Shown here piece by piece: positions 8,173 to 16,243 of a stretch of 64,000 nucleotides of DNA. The position numbers and the translations under genes are program-made. The notes under the pieces were generated by a model. That model was not told the DNA's origin. It made no database searches and saw only the letters and a program-made list of their open reading frames with translations. Numbering within the stretch: the first letter of the stretch is position 1; each line of letters opens with the position of its first letter. Source of the stretch: Shigella phage phi25-307; sequence record MG589383; one strand, given 5' to 3'.

Positions 8173-8482
8173 CTAGACGGTCCACCATAGAATTGCATGC
8201 TGCCTTATCTTTAGGTTCCGCCACCGAGCATTCTAATATTTGCCATTTTTTATAGTATCTTTTAATTAAGGTAGACGCCTTGAACCTACTAGACGCCCCA
8301 TCTTTTTCTCCGTCTTTATACGCATATAACAATTTTTGTGAAAAATCTACTTTACACTCTTGACTTTTACCACAATAATCAGACGCCGTTCTGTTTGTAT
8401 ACTCCGTTACATCAGTATATGTAGTATTAGCAAGAGCGCTAAATGAAACCAAGCCAACTATTAAAGCCAACATTTTGGTCAT
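8135..8482 (-). CDS. secreted Cys-containing protein, 115 aa
   Basis: Signal peptide MTKMLALIVGLVSFSALA; four Cys; ATGA coupling to upstream gene. Confidence 0.55.
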   Translation of the reverse strand: MTKMLALIVGLVSFSALANTTYTDVTEYTNRTASDYCGKSQECKVDFSQKLLYAYKDGEKDGASSRFKASTLIKRYYKKWQILECSVAEPKDKAACNSMVDRLVDSYTRGLAASD

Positions 8483-9021
8483 TCTTTTATTTCCAGTAGT
8501 TTATTTGATTTAAGGTAATTAGCCTTTTCTAGGACTTCAGAAGCATATTTACTTCCAGCACTTGTCTTCCATCCCGCATTATATGAGGATATAGCTTTTC
8601 TTATATCCCCGTTATGTATATTTAACCAATAAGAAAATTCGATATAAGCCCATCTGGCTGAATTAGACCGCTTAGATAGCATTTTCTTAATTTGGGCATC
8701 AGTCATATTATAACCAAGCTGGTTAATTCTTGCCCTCATTGTTGGTAGATAATTTTGGAACATTCCATACGCATGGTGACCTTTCTTATCTTTAAGATTA
8801 ATACCTGCAGATGATTCCTGCCATAGTATTGCGGCCATTATGTATCCAAGTCCTTTCTTATGCATATTTTCATGCGTTTTAAATTTTCCATCCTTAGAAA
8901 ACTGTTCCCCAAACTGATAAGCATAATTCAAGTTATCGAGTTGGACATTACTAAAAGTATGCTCGGAGCTATGTGCTGATAATGAAAGAGCAAATAGACC
9001 AGCGAGTAGTGCTTTTCTCAT
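8479..9021 (-). CDS. secreted lytic transglycosylase-like (SLT-domain) protein
   Basis: Signal peptide MRKALLAGLFALSLSAHS; ILWQESSAG, GMFQ and SYNAGW motifs resemble the SLT catalytic Glu region. Confidence 0.6.
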   Translation of the reverse strand: MRKALLAGLFALSLSAHSSEHTFSNVQLDNLNYAYQFGEQFSKDGKFKTHENMHKKGLGYIMAAILWQESSAGINLKDKKGHHAYGMFQNYLPTMRARINQLGYNMTDAQIKKMLSKRSNSARWAYIEFSYWLNIHNGDIRKAISSYNAGWKTSAGSKYASEVLEKANYLKSNKLLEIKE

Positions 9022-9029
9022 GTTTACCT

Positions 9030-9488
9030 CTAGATTTTAATCACTGCTTTAGAAGCTTTTCCTGGTAGTCGTTTACTGTTAATAATAGCCATTCTGCATT
9101 GAAGAGTCTTCATTTTGAATGCTGGACTTTCGCGACAAACTGTAAGTCCTAACCAAAGATTTCCATCAGTTATTTCTAAACGGCCTGGACGATATTCGAC
9201 ACCTTCGACAAAATCTTCATCAACATCCGGACGTGCCGGCATTGATAAAAATTCTGCAACTTCTTTAACATGATTTTTTACTTTACGAAATAATTCAAAA
9301 ACGTAGTTCTCATCTATTTCTCTCTGTATAGCACGATCTAAGAGATGTTGAGAATACTTGATATGAAAGCCTGGTAGTCCAAGAGACTTTGCAGCATCTT
9401 TTATACCGGCATTTATTTTGCGGAACTCCGTTTCAAAGATTCGACGGAGTTTATTACGGCGGATAAAAACGTCAGAATTGATAGTCAT
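9030..9488 (-). CDS. regB: RegB site-specific endoribonuclease
   Basis: Translation MTINSDVFIRRNKLRR...FHIKYSQHLLDRAIQREIDE...GRLEITDGNLWLG...QCRMAIINSKRLPGKASKAVIK matches T4 RegB as recalled. Confidence 0.9.
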   Translation of the reverse strand: MTINSDVFIRRNKLRRIFETEFRKINAGIKDAAKSLGLPGFHIKYSQHLLDRAIQREIDENYVFELFRKVKNHVKEVAEFLSMPARPDVDEDFVEGVEYRPGRLEITDGNLWLGLTVCRESPAFKMKTLQCRMAIINSKRLPGKASKAVIKI

Positions 9489-9517
9489 TTTTGATTTCTC
9501 CTCTAGTTGACAGTTCT

Positions 9518-9546
9518 ATAGTAACACATCTAGAGGAGAAGTAAAC
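9518..9546 (-). promoter_or_regulatory. early promoter of regB with flanking inverted repeat
   Basis: gtaaac 9541-9546, atagta 9518-9523; flanked by ctcctctag/ctagaggag. Confidence 0.55.
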
Positions 9547-9550
9547 TACT

Positions 9551-9766
9551 TTATTGATAAAATGGAGTTAAAGCCCAAGATTCTTTAGATACCATATCGG
9601 CGAAATGCCTCATCTCTTCGATTTGGCGACGACGCTGGTCAGCATAGTCTTCTTCGCCTTCTTCCTTACAATCTTCAAGGTCTTCTTCAAGATACTTTAA
9701 GTATTCACTACAAATTTTGTTGACCTTTTCTTGAAAGTCCAATAACCCGGTAATAGTAGAAGCCAT
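9551..9766 (-). CDS. hypothetical small acidic protein, 71 aa
   Basis: ORF track; TAATG overlap with upstream gene. Confidence 0.5.
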   Translation of the reverse strand: MASTITGLLDFQEKVNKICSEYLKYLEEDLEDCKEEGEEDYADQRRRQIEEMRHFADMVSKESWALTPFYQ

Positions 9767-10032
9767 TAGTATTTTTCCTCAGGTCGAAATACCGCACGGC
9801 ATGCCCACATGCTGGCTTCTTTTAGATGTTGCTTAGCATACTTAAGAGCCTGCACTGCATCCATATCTTCTTTGGTTTGTTGCTCTGATTCATTTTCTTT
9901 CAAGATATATGCTTCTTCAATCAGAGCATCAAACATCAATCCAAGACGGACTTCTGCGTCTTTAATAGCGTTCACTTTACTGATTTTATCATCGGTATGT
10001 GGCTTGTAGCCTTTGATGTCTTCAATCGACAT
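9766..10032 (-). CDS. hypothetical small protein, 88 aa
   Basis: ORF track frame; start refined to ATG 10030-10032 with GAGGAAA RBS (track start 10200 would overlap the upstream gene by 180 nt). Confidence 0.5.
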   Translation of the reverse strand: MSIEDIKGYKPHTDDKISKVNAIKDAEVRLGLMFDALIEEAYILKENESEQQTKEDMDAVQALKYAKQHLKEASMWACRAVFRPEEKY

Positions 10033-10246
10033 AAGGAATTTCCTCATCGGTGGCAAGGTCATATTCAACCAATTGGATAGGCTCATTAATACCATATCCA
10101 CGTACAGTGATATCGGTTGACGGATATTTTCCAGTAATATCACCCGTTCTAAATGCTTCAATGAATGATTGCTCGCCTGAGCAACTAAACCAGGCGGCAA
10201 AACATTTTAAAACATCTTCAGACCCTTCTATAATCAATTTAGCCAT
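10022..10246 (-). CDS. hypothetical small acidic protein, 74 aa
   Basis: ORF track; start overlaps stop of GrcA-like gene. Confidence 0.5.
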   Translation of the reverse strand: MAKLIIEGSEDVLKCFAAWFSCSGEQSFIEAFRTGDITGKYPSTDITVRGYGINEPIQLVEYDLATDEEIPYVD

Positions 10247-10608
10247 TATAGACTCTCAGTAAAGGTACGAGCGATAACATCGCGCTGCTGTTCCGGAGTC
10301 AGAGAGTTAAAGCGAACTGCATAACCGGATACACGGATGGTCAGCTGTGGATATTTTTCAGGATGCTTAACTGCATCTTCCAGAGTTTCGCGACGCAGAA
10401 CGTTAACGTTCAGGTGTTGACCACCTTCAATTTTAACTTTAGGTTGATGTTCAATTTCAATTTCACGGGCATTCAAACCGTAGAAAATTTCCGGGTCTAC
10501 AATAGCGTCTTCTTTAAAAGTCTTAGAGACGATAATCCGGGCTTGAGTACCGTCTTCAAAATAAATAGTGCCTTTATGTACACCTTCAAGAATTTGATAT
10601 GCTTTCAT
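10246..10608 (-). CDS. autonomous glycyl-radical cofactor (GrcA/YfiD-like)
   Basis: C-terminal ~60 aa [60 protein letters not shown] is the glycyl-radical domain (RVSGY), near-identical to enterobacterial GrcA as recalled. Confidence 0.85.
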   Translation of the reverse strand: MKAYQILEGVHKGTIYFEDGTQARIIVSKTFKEDAIVDPEIFYGLNAREIEIEHQPKVKIEGGQHLNVNVLRRETLEDAVKHPEKYPQLTIRVSGYAVRFNSLTPEQQRDVIARTFTESL

Positions 10609-10614
10609 ATAACC

Positions 10615-10923
10615 TCAATTAGAAAATAAATTTATCCAAGATTTTTCTTTAATCAAAAATGGGTCGGAATTAAACGCCATTAAACTTTGAGTAATTAATC
10701 CCTTAAATGACCCATCAATAAATTCCATTTTGAAATGTGGAATACTAGTCATCAACCGTGCATTAGGAGCAGTACAAAGAACATGCTGCCCTGCGAACGG
10801 ACCTTTAGTCAAACGATATCGTTTAGGTTTAAAATGGTAAATCTCATAATTTTCTACAAGAGCCCTTTTATTGCATACTGGGCTGTTATAACAATACTCA
10901 AAAACTTCAATAGTGGTCATCAT
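10615..10923 (-). CDS. hypothetical protein, ~102 aa
   Basis: ORF track frame; start refined to ATG 10921-10923 within ATGATGA overlap with upstream stop. Confidence 0.5.
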   Translation of the reverse strand: MMTTIEVFEYCYNSPVCNKRALVENYEIYHFKPKRYRLTKGPFAGQHVLCTAPNARLMTSIPHFKMEFIDGSFKGLITQSLMAFNSDPFLIKEKSWINLFSN

Positions 10924-11459
10924 TGCATTCCAATCACAAAAAATTGAGGACGAGCAATACCGCCGATGCAATATTTGCTTTTGCAGCAGTGCTGTACTGA
11001 TTTAATATGGACATTGTAAATCTTATCCATATCAGGAGCTTTAATAGGCTCGTCAATTATATACAGAATACGAGAAAGCGTTAATCCACGGAATTTAGAA
11101 CCTTCATTGCCAATAAAACTACGGACAGAATCAGTAAATAAACGGAATCGAATATCATCGCTAGAATAACGAGAAAATTCTTTTTTAATGTTGCCAACAG
11201 AAATTTTAGCATAAGCTGAAGTATTAGAAAGAACAATAACTGTTCCACCATCGAGCAGCCAATTAGCGGCAAAATTAGTTACTGCAGTTGATTTACCAGA
11301 TTGTCTGCCACCATCTAAACGAAGTGTACAGTACTGCTTGAGTACGTCTTCAAATGGTGGGGCATAACCGTTCTTACAAATTTCTTCTACTCTAGCATCA
11401 GAATGGTGTGTAAAAGCATTCATCAGGGATAGATAAGGTCCAGTTAAAAATGTTCTCAT
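10920..11459 (-). CDS. P-loop kinase-like protein, 179 aa
   Basis: Walker A GGRQSGKST and hydrophobic strand TVIVLSNTS (cf. T4 polynucleotide kinase GCPGSGKST / VIISDTN); Walker B-like ILYIIDEP. Confidence 0.6.
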   Translation of the reverse strand: MRTFLTGPYLSLMNAFTHHSDARVEEICKNGYAPPFEDVLKQYCTLRLDGGRQSGKSTAVTNFAANWLLDGGTVIVLSNTSAYAKISVGNIKKEFSRYSSDDIRFRLFTDSVRSFIGNEGSKFRGLTLSRILYIIDEPIKAPDMDKIYNVHIKSVQHCCKSKYCIGGIARPQFFVIGMQ

Positions 11460-11632
11460 TTAGTTTCTCTTAAGGTTGGGGCCATTCCGTGGCACATGTT
11501 AGGTCCTTCGACTCGCTATGTAAACCCATTACCGCACTTGGGCTCGACCTTATTACAGGTTGGAAAAGGTACATCACTCAGAGGACTCGACGTTCATAAG
11601 GAGAGGTTGCGTTTCCCTTTATTAGACAAGAA
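11460..11632 (-). other. 173-nt GC-rich untranslated element with internal repeats
   Basis: No ORF on either strand; three copies of a GACTCGAC-like motif; 3' part shares a ~40-nt leader with the region upstream of the 11633-11962 gene. Confidence 0.4.
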
Positions 11633-11962
11633 TTATACTCTAGGCTTTTGAGCTTGTTTGGTATTGGATTCCCATGCGGCTTTGGTAATTTTGTTAGCGG
11701 CATAACCAAAGGCACTAGATAGAACACCTTTAGAGTTGAATACATCCAATCCAATAAGTACACCTGCTGTGTTAAATTTAGGAGCAAAGTACGCATTAGT
11801 TTTAGAAAGAGCTTTTTTCAATTCAGGGTCTTGAACCAAGCCATCAAAAACGCCTTTACCATTTACTTTATATGTTACTTTGGGATTTTTAGCTTCTTCG
11901 ATAGCAGCTTTCTGTTCCGCAGATAATGTAACTTCAGTGATAAACTCTTGATATGTTTTCAT
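11633..11962 (-). CDS. internal-protein-like protein with capsid targeting sequence, 109 aa
   Basis: Starts MKTYQEFITEV (T4 internal-protein CTS); start refined to ATG 11960-11962; long leader carrying promoter 12044-12073. Confidence 0.7.
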   Translation of the reverse strand: MKTYQEFITEVTLSAEQKAAIEEAKNPKVTYKVNGKGVFDGLVQDPELKKALSKTNAYFAPKFNTAGVLIGLDVFNSKGVLSSAFGYAANKITKAAWESNTKQAQKPRV

Positions 11963-12043
11963 TTTGTTCTCTCTAGGTTTAGACCATTCCATGGCCCATG
12001 AATTGTCCATTTTCCGTATTTACCACTCCAAGTAATTATGAAT

Positions 12044-12073
12044 ATACTATCACAATTCTAGGAGAAAGTAAAC
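12044..12073 (-). promoter_or_regulatory. early sigma70-type promoter
   Basis: gtaaac 12068-12073, atacta 12044-12049. Confidence 0.45.
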
Positions 12074-12075
12074 TG

Positions 12076-12378
12076 TTATTTACCTTTAATTACTTTAGCT
12101 GCTTCGATAGCCGCTTGCTGAAGGTCGTCCATAGACATACCGAATTTAGAAGCAAAGTTATCAATTTTCTTTTCGACCGCATTCAAAGGCTTGGCCTGTT
12201 TACCTTCATTAGCGCCTGGAAGAGCGAGAATACGCTCTTTGTCAATATAAAGGCTTACAAGTTTCTTACGGTCTTTATCGGACAAATCATGAAATGAATG
12301 GGCCTTTTTATTTATAGCGGCTTCTAATTTACCTGCACTCACTCGAGCTTCAGTAATAAATTCTTGATATGTTTTCAT
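12076..12378 (-). CDS. ipII: internal protein II-like
   Basis: CTS MKTYQEFITEA; 100 aa; adjacent to ipIII as in T4. Confidence 0.75.
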   Translation of the reverse strand: MKTYQEFITEARVSAGKLEAAINKKAHSFHDLSDKDRKKLVSLYIDKERILALPGANEGKQAKPLNAVEKKIDNFASKFGMSMDDLQQAAIEAAKVIKGK

Positions 12379-12419
12379 ATGTTTCCTTTAAATGTAAATA
12401 GGCCTAAGTACAGGCCTTA

Positions 12420-12998
12420 TTAATTACCACGGGCTGCATTAGCAACGGCATAAGCGTACTGAACATTAGCGTCTTTAAACGTACCTTTAGAGGTATCTAT
12501 TTCTGCCTTAAAGCCGCCTTTAGCCATAACATCAGCAAATTCTTTACGGAAAGCCATTGCGTCAAGACCTTTCCATGATGATTTGTGCTTGGCGAATTCA
12601 AGACCAGCGTAGTTGACAGCCTTAGCTAATTTATTATCAATAACCCATTTACCGGCTTTAGGCACAAACTTCGGTCCTTTTTGTTTAGAGAACAGTTTTA
12701 AATTCCAGCGACGAAGATCACTGTCGGCTTTAACAAAAGCTGCATCTAAGTTACTAGCAACAACATCTTCAATATGAGCAAATTTAAGTCCGTCAACTTC
12801 AATATTTAGGTCGGTACGCCAGCGAAGTCCTTCCCAAGCGAAAGCTTTAAAGTCGGAAGCTTTTGTAGCTAAGTATCGTTCAAGTGGAGCAGTTTTAGGG
12901 TCAAAGCCGTTTCCACCACGATAAGTCCACTCGTCCTTATTAATGCCTTGAGCTTTTCCTGCAAAGGCCTCGGCGATAAATTCTTTATATGTTTTCAT
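12420..12998 (-). CDS. ipIII: internal protein III
   Basis: CTS MKTYKEFIAEA; 192 aa; GINKDEWTYRGGNGFDPKTAP...KAEIDTSKG matches T4 IPIII as recalled. Confidence 0.85.
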   Translation of the reverse strand: MKTYKEFIAEAFAGKAQGINKDEWTYRGGNGFDPKTAPLERYLATKASDFKAFAWEGLRWRTDLNIEVDGLKFAHIEDVVASNLDAAFVKADSDLRRWNLKLFSKQKGPKFVPKAGKWVIDNKLAKAVNYAGLEFAKHKSSWKGLDAMAFRKEFADVMAKGGFKAEIDTSKGTFKDANVQYAYAVANAARGN

Positions 12999-13024
12999 TT
13001 TTGTTCCTATTGTTTTAATTCATG

Positions 13025-13339
13025 TTATTCTTTAGGGAAGTTTTTAGAGTATGCGTCATAAAGTTTATTGCCGATGCGACGGAAGACTCTAGCTGCAAAA
13101 CGGTTTTCAGGGTTTTTAATCATGATTTGCATCATGTAAGTTCCTGCATCCGAAAGAGCTTCTTCATAGTACCCATTAATTTCTTTAAGAGTCCTACGTT
13201 TACCACCAGGACCATCAACAGTAATTTTCCATTTACCTGTAGAAGTGCGGCTCGGTGGCTCAACTTGTTCAATCCAAATATAACCACCTTCAACGCGTTG
13301 ATTGGCGGATTCTGCAATAAATTCTTTATACGTTTTCAT
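13025..13339 (-). CDS. internal-protein-like protein with CTS, 104 aa
   Basis: Starts MKTYKEFIAES; no match to IPI/II/III recognised. Confidence 0.7.
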   Translation of the reverse strand: MKTYKEFIAESANQRVEGGYIWIEQVEPPSRTSTGKWKITVDGPGGKRRTLKEINGYYEEALSDAGTYMMQIMIKNPENRFAARVFRRIGNKLYDAYSKNFPKE

Positions 13340-13369
13340 TTTTGTTTCCTTGTTTGTTTTGATAGAGTA

Positions 13370-13399
13370 ATTATACCATATTAATACTTAAGCGTAAAC
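13370..13399 (-). promoter_or_regulatory. early sigma70-type promoter (-10 TATAAT)
   Basis: gtaaac 13394-13399, attata 13370-13375. Confidence 0.5.
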
Positions 13400-13402
13400 T
13401 GT

Positions 13403-13663
13403 TTAAGCTTTACCGCCAGAAATAATTCCGAAGTTGTTAAAATCATATCCAATATCGTCAACATCTACTTTAGGGCTTGCTACAACATAAGCAATTTCAC
13501 CACGTTTTGCATAGGTGTTGATTTCTTTACCATCGCCGCCTAGGAAAGAATACCCATTACGTTTTAATGAGCCAAAGTCTTCCGCATCACCAATGAAAGC
13601 TTTAACTTTAAATTTATGACCTTCGGCATCTGCTTCAGCGATAAATTCTTGATACATTTTCAT
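13403..13663 (-). CDS. internal-protein-like protein with CTS, 86 aa
   Basis: Starts MKMYQEFIAEA; early promoter 13370-13399 just downstream. Confidence 0.7.
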   Translation of the reverse strand: MKMYQEFIAEADAEGHKFKVKAFIGDAEDFGSLKRNGYSFLGGDGKEINTYAKRGEIAYVVASPKVDVDDIGYDFNNFGIISGGKA

Positions 13664-13669
13664 TTTTCC

Positions 13670-14083
13670 TTAGTAAATTGATTTACCATAGTATTTGTAC
13701 CAAGTAGGACGCTGAGCAATTTTTTCATCTAAGCGTGCTTGACTTATCGCAATGGACGCTTCGGACGGGACATAATTATTACGAAATTCGGCAGGGATGT
13801 CGGAAATATCCTGGACAGTCGTGTCCTTGATTTTGAAACCACGTTTCAAGCATTCAGCGATTAACTCGATTTGACGTAAACGTAAAAATTCGAGTTTGTC
13901 GTAAAAGAATGTTACATGACCTGTGCCTAAGATAAATGTTGGAGAGATTTTAAAATCCTTTACACGTTTACCGTTTTGAACATGTTTACGGACTGCACCA
14001 AATACACGTGGTAATTCACGATACTCGGCCATAAGATGTTGGTCGGTCAGTTCAGAAACAAGTGTTAAATTGATACGGGTCAT
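13670..14083 (-). CDS. denV: endonuclease V (pyrimidine-dimer DNA glycosylase/AP lyase)
   Basis: [12 protein letters not shown]...[18 protein letters not shown]...TWYKYYGK matches T4 DenV as recalled; start refined to ATG 14081-14083 with GGAGG RBS. Confidence 0.9.
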   Translation of the reverse strand: MTRINLTLVSELTDQHLMAEYRELPRVFGAVRKHVQNGKRVKDFKISPTFILGTGHVTFFYDKLEFLRLRQIELIAECLKRGFKIKDTTVQDISDIPAEFRNNYVPSEASIAISQARLDEKIAQRPTWYKYYGKSIY

Positions 14084-14110
14084 AATTTCCTCCAAGTAGT
14101 TGATGAATGT

Positions 14111-14140
14111 ATAGTATCAAAACCCTTGGAGGAAGTAAAC
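14111..14140 (-). promoter_or_regulatory. early promoter of denV with flanking inverted repeat
   Basis: gtaaac 14135-14140, atagta 14111-14116; flanked by cctccaag/cttggagg. Confidence 0.55.
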
Positions 14141-14141
14141 A

Positions 14142-14423
14142 CTATTTTTCTGAAGCGCCTGAAATATATTTTTCAAGACGTTGTTTCATCAACGAGCCGT
14201 TCTTAGCGATTTCTTCTGGTTTATCGCACATACGCAACAAGGCTTCAAGCTTAACGATATCACTGGTGCGCTCAAATTTGCGAGTATCTATCTTACTAGC
14301 AAGTTCAGAAATACGTGCTAATAGACTTTCAGCTTCAACCAAAGCTGCACCTAGCTTAGTTGCAAATGTGTCAGTAGCTTCGTTAAGAATAGATTCTGAT
14401 AAAAATTCACTATATGTTTTCAT
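14142..14423 (-). CDS. internal-protein-like protein with divergent CTS, 93 aa
   Basis: Starts [11 protein letters not shown] from ATG 14421-14423 (ATGA overlap with e stop); lies between e and denV. Confidence 0.65.
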   Translation of the reverse strand: MKTYSEFLSESILNEATDTFATKLGAALVEAESLLARISELASKIDTRKFERTSDIVKLEALLRMCDKPEEIAKNGSLMKQRLEKYISGASEK

Positions 14424-14908
14424 ATATACGCTTTCCAAGTTCCTGTTTTAAATGTCGAGATTACGCGTTTCGCGCGATTAGGTGTCTGACGATACCATTT
14501 AGATTGGGCTAGATTTACTGCCGCTTCGTCCCAACGTTTCTGTTGAAGCATACGAAGAGAATTAGTAAAACCAGCGACGCCTGCTACACCCATTTGGAAG
14601 ACCATATTGACCAATGCACATCGACGAACTGCATCTAAAGAATCATATACCGGTTTAAGTTTAGCATTACCCAAGATTCCGCGAACAGCTTTATCAACGT
14701 CTTCATTAAATAACTTTTCAGCCTCATCAAGGGTAATTGTACCGTTGCATTTACGTCCGATCATTCTGTCAAGTTCAGCTTTAGCTACGGCTAAAGACGG
14801 GTTCTTTGTTACTAAATGACCTATGCCAATCGTCCAAAAGCCTTCAGTGTCTTTGTATAAAGTCAGTCTAAGACCTTCGTCATTACGAAGCATTTCAAAT
14901 ATATTCAT
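14420..14908 (-). CDS. e: lysozyme (endolysin)
   Basis: [29 protein letters not shown]...[27 protein letters not shown] matches T4 lysozyme; start ATG 14906-14908 with GGGAGG RBS inside a hairpin. Confidence 0.9.
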   Translation of the reverse strand: MNIFEMLRNDEGLRLTLYKDTEGFWTIGIGHLVTKNPSLAVAKAELDRMIGRKCNGTITLDEAEKLFNEDVDKAVRGILGNAKLKPVYDSLDAVRRCALVNMVFQMGVAGVAGFTNSLRMLQQKRWDEAAVNLAQSKWYRQTPNRAKRVISTFKTGTWKAYI

Positions 14909-14910
14909 AA

Positions 14911-14934
14911 TACCTCCCACGTTTATAGGAGGTA
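14911..14934 (-). promoter_or_regulatory. RBS-sequestering hairpin in the lysozyme e leader
   Basis: Inverted repeat tacctcc / ggaggta with a 10-nt loop; the GGAGG RBS of e lies in one arm; TATAAAC late-promoter-like motif in the loop. Confidence 0.5.
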
Positions 14935-14942
14935 TTTATTAC

Positions 14943-15401
14943 TTATAGGATGGTAGTGAGCACCTTATATAATGATTTGCCCATTACATATTCCCATTGA
15001 GAAGGTTTAATTAAAGCGAATGCATCAAATTCAGGAATCTGTCGTCCGTCTGGGAATGTATGATAGGAATTACAAACACTGTTTCTGAATTGCTCGTGCT
15101 CTACAGGGATGGTATATAGGAACAGATGAATATTCTTATTGTCTGAGTAACGATGTTCACCTAGGTCTTTCAGGAAGGCAGGGTCATATTGTGTAAACCC
15201 AGTTTCTTCTTCGCATTCACGAATAGCTGCTTCAATAGGAGATTCACCGGGCTCGACACGACCTTTAGGAATATCCCACCGATGAGCTAAAGAACCTTTA
15301 GGACGAGAACCAGTTACACGCCCCATGAATAATTCTTTATCTTCGGTAAGGAAAATAATACCAGCTGATAGTTCTTTCACTTTATTTTTCTTACTCATCA
15401 T
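14943..15401 (-). CDS. nudE: Nudix hydrolase NudE
   Basis: Nudix box GRVEPGESPIEAAIRECEEETG; start chosen at ATG 15399-15401 (AGGAA RBS; ATGATGA overlap with upstream stop). Confidence 0.85.
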   Translation of the reverse strand: MMSKKNKVKELSAGIIFLTEDKELFMGRVTGSRPKGSLAHRWDIPKGRVEPGESPIEAAIRECEEETGFTQYDPAFLKDLGEHRYSDNKNIHLFLYTIPVEHEQFRNSVCNSYHTFPDGRQIPEFDAFALIKPSQWEYVMGKSLYKVLTTIL

Positions 15402-15796
15402 CTCAAATTCCTGCATTCGGTAATAAAACGTTCAACTTCATTATTCTTGGCCTTTATCTTGTCTTTACGTTCCTGTAAACTACTTTTAACAAGATTAATA
15501 ATGATGCCTACAGTACCTCCACCAATTATACCACCAATAATACTTACGATAGTAGATGCTAATAAGATGGCGATAATATCTAGTACAGCAAAGGCACTTA
15601 CTTTAGTACTAAAAAACCATATAGACGGTACAAATATAATCCATCCTGTTATCCATTGGCACTTATTGAAAAACCTTTCAAGCTCAGCTTGAGTTGTTCG
15701 TATTACTTCATCAATAGGTTGATATCCATTAATGTATCTGTTCACGATAATACCTGCTGGCTGGTCGATTTTAAATTCTTGGCAAATATGTTTCAC
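15398..15796 (-). CDS. membrane protein with C-terminal ERFITECR motif, 132 aa
   Basis: Hydrophobic segments incl. GGIIGGGTVGIIINL; only a GTG start at 15796 with no obvious RBS, so 5' end uncertain. Confidence 0.45.
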   Translation of the reverse strand: MKHICQEFKIDQPAGIIVNRYINGYQPIDEVIRTTQAELERFFNKCQWITGWIIFVPSIWFFSTKVSAFAVLDIIAILLASTIVSIIGGIIGGGTVGIIINLVKSSLQERKDKIKAKNNEVERFITECRNLR

Positions 15797-15867
15797 TAAG
15801 TAGGATGGACAGGATGTCCAATCTACTGAATAGTATGAAATACCTTCATTGCCATCAACTATTCATA

Positions 15868-16173
15868 TTATTTTCCTCGACATTCTTTAATGAAATTTTC
15901 TAGATTGGTAGATTCAATAGCTTTTTTACGAGCTTCTGCGTGTTCTTCTTCAGACAATTTACATTTATAATTGACCCAGACATTATGGTCGAAACTAGTC
16001 GTGGCATATAATAACAATGCTCCAACGAATAGCAAAAACGGTGATAAGAATACAAAACCAGGAACACCATCCATATCGTAAGCCTTTTGTAATACTGCAA
16101 CAGAAAGAGCTGCGTAAAAAGGTGATGCAAATATTGTTAAAAGACCAATTCGGTTGGTTTCGCCTAATTTCAT
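15868..16173 (-). CDS. membrane protein with C-terminal ENFIKECR motif, 101 aa
   Basis: Two hydrophobic segments; ATG 16171-16173, GAGGAG RBS; early promoter 16202-16231. Confidence 0.6.
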   Translation of the reverse strand: MKLGETNRIGLLTIFASPFYAALSVAVLQKAYDMDGVPGFVFLSPFLLFVGALLLYATTSFDHNVWVNYKCKLSEEEHAEARKKAIESTNLENFIKECRGK

Positions 16174-16201
16174 AATATTCTCCTCATGTTTTAATAGGAC
16201 T

Positions 16202-16231
16202 ACTATAACATAGTCCTATCATGTTGTAAAC
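16202..16231 (-). promoter_or_regulatory. early promoter with flanking inverted repeat
   Basis: gtaaac 16226-16231, actata 16202-16207; flanked by ataggact/agtcctat. Confidence 0.55.
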
Positions 16232-16243
16232 AGTTTTGCGAAA

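Noticed and set aside
11460-11632. Possible self-splicing intron or homing-endonuclease remnant in the GC-rich untranslated element
   Set aside because: 173 nt is too short for a group I intron core, it is not inside a coding sequence, and no endonuclease motif is encoded; kept only as an unexplained structured element.
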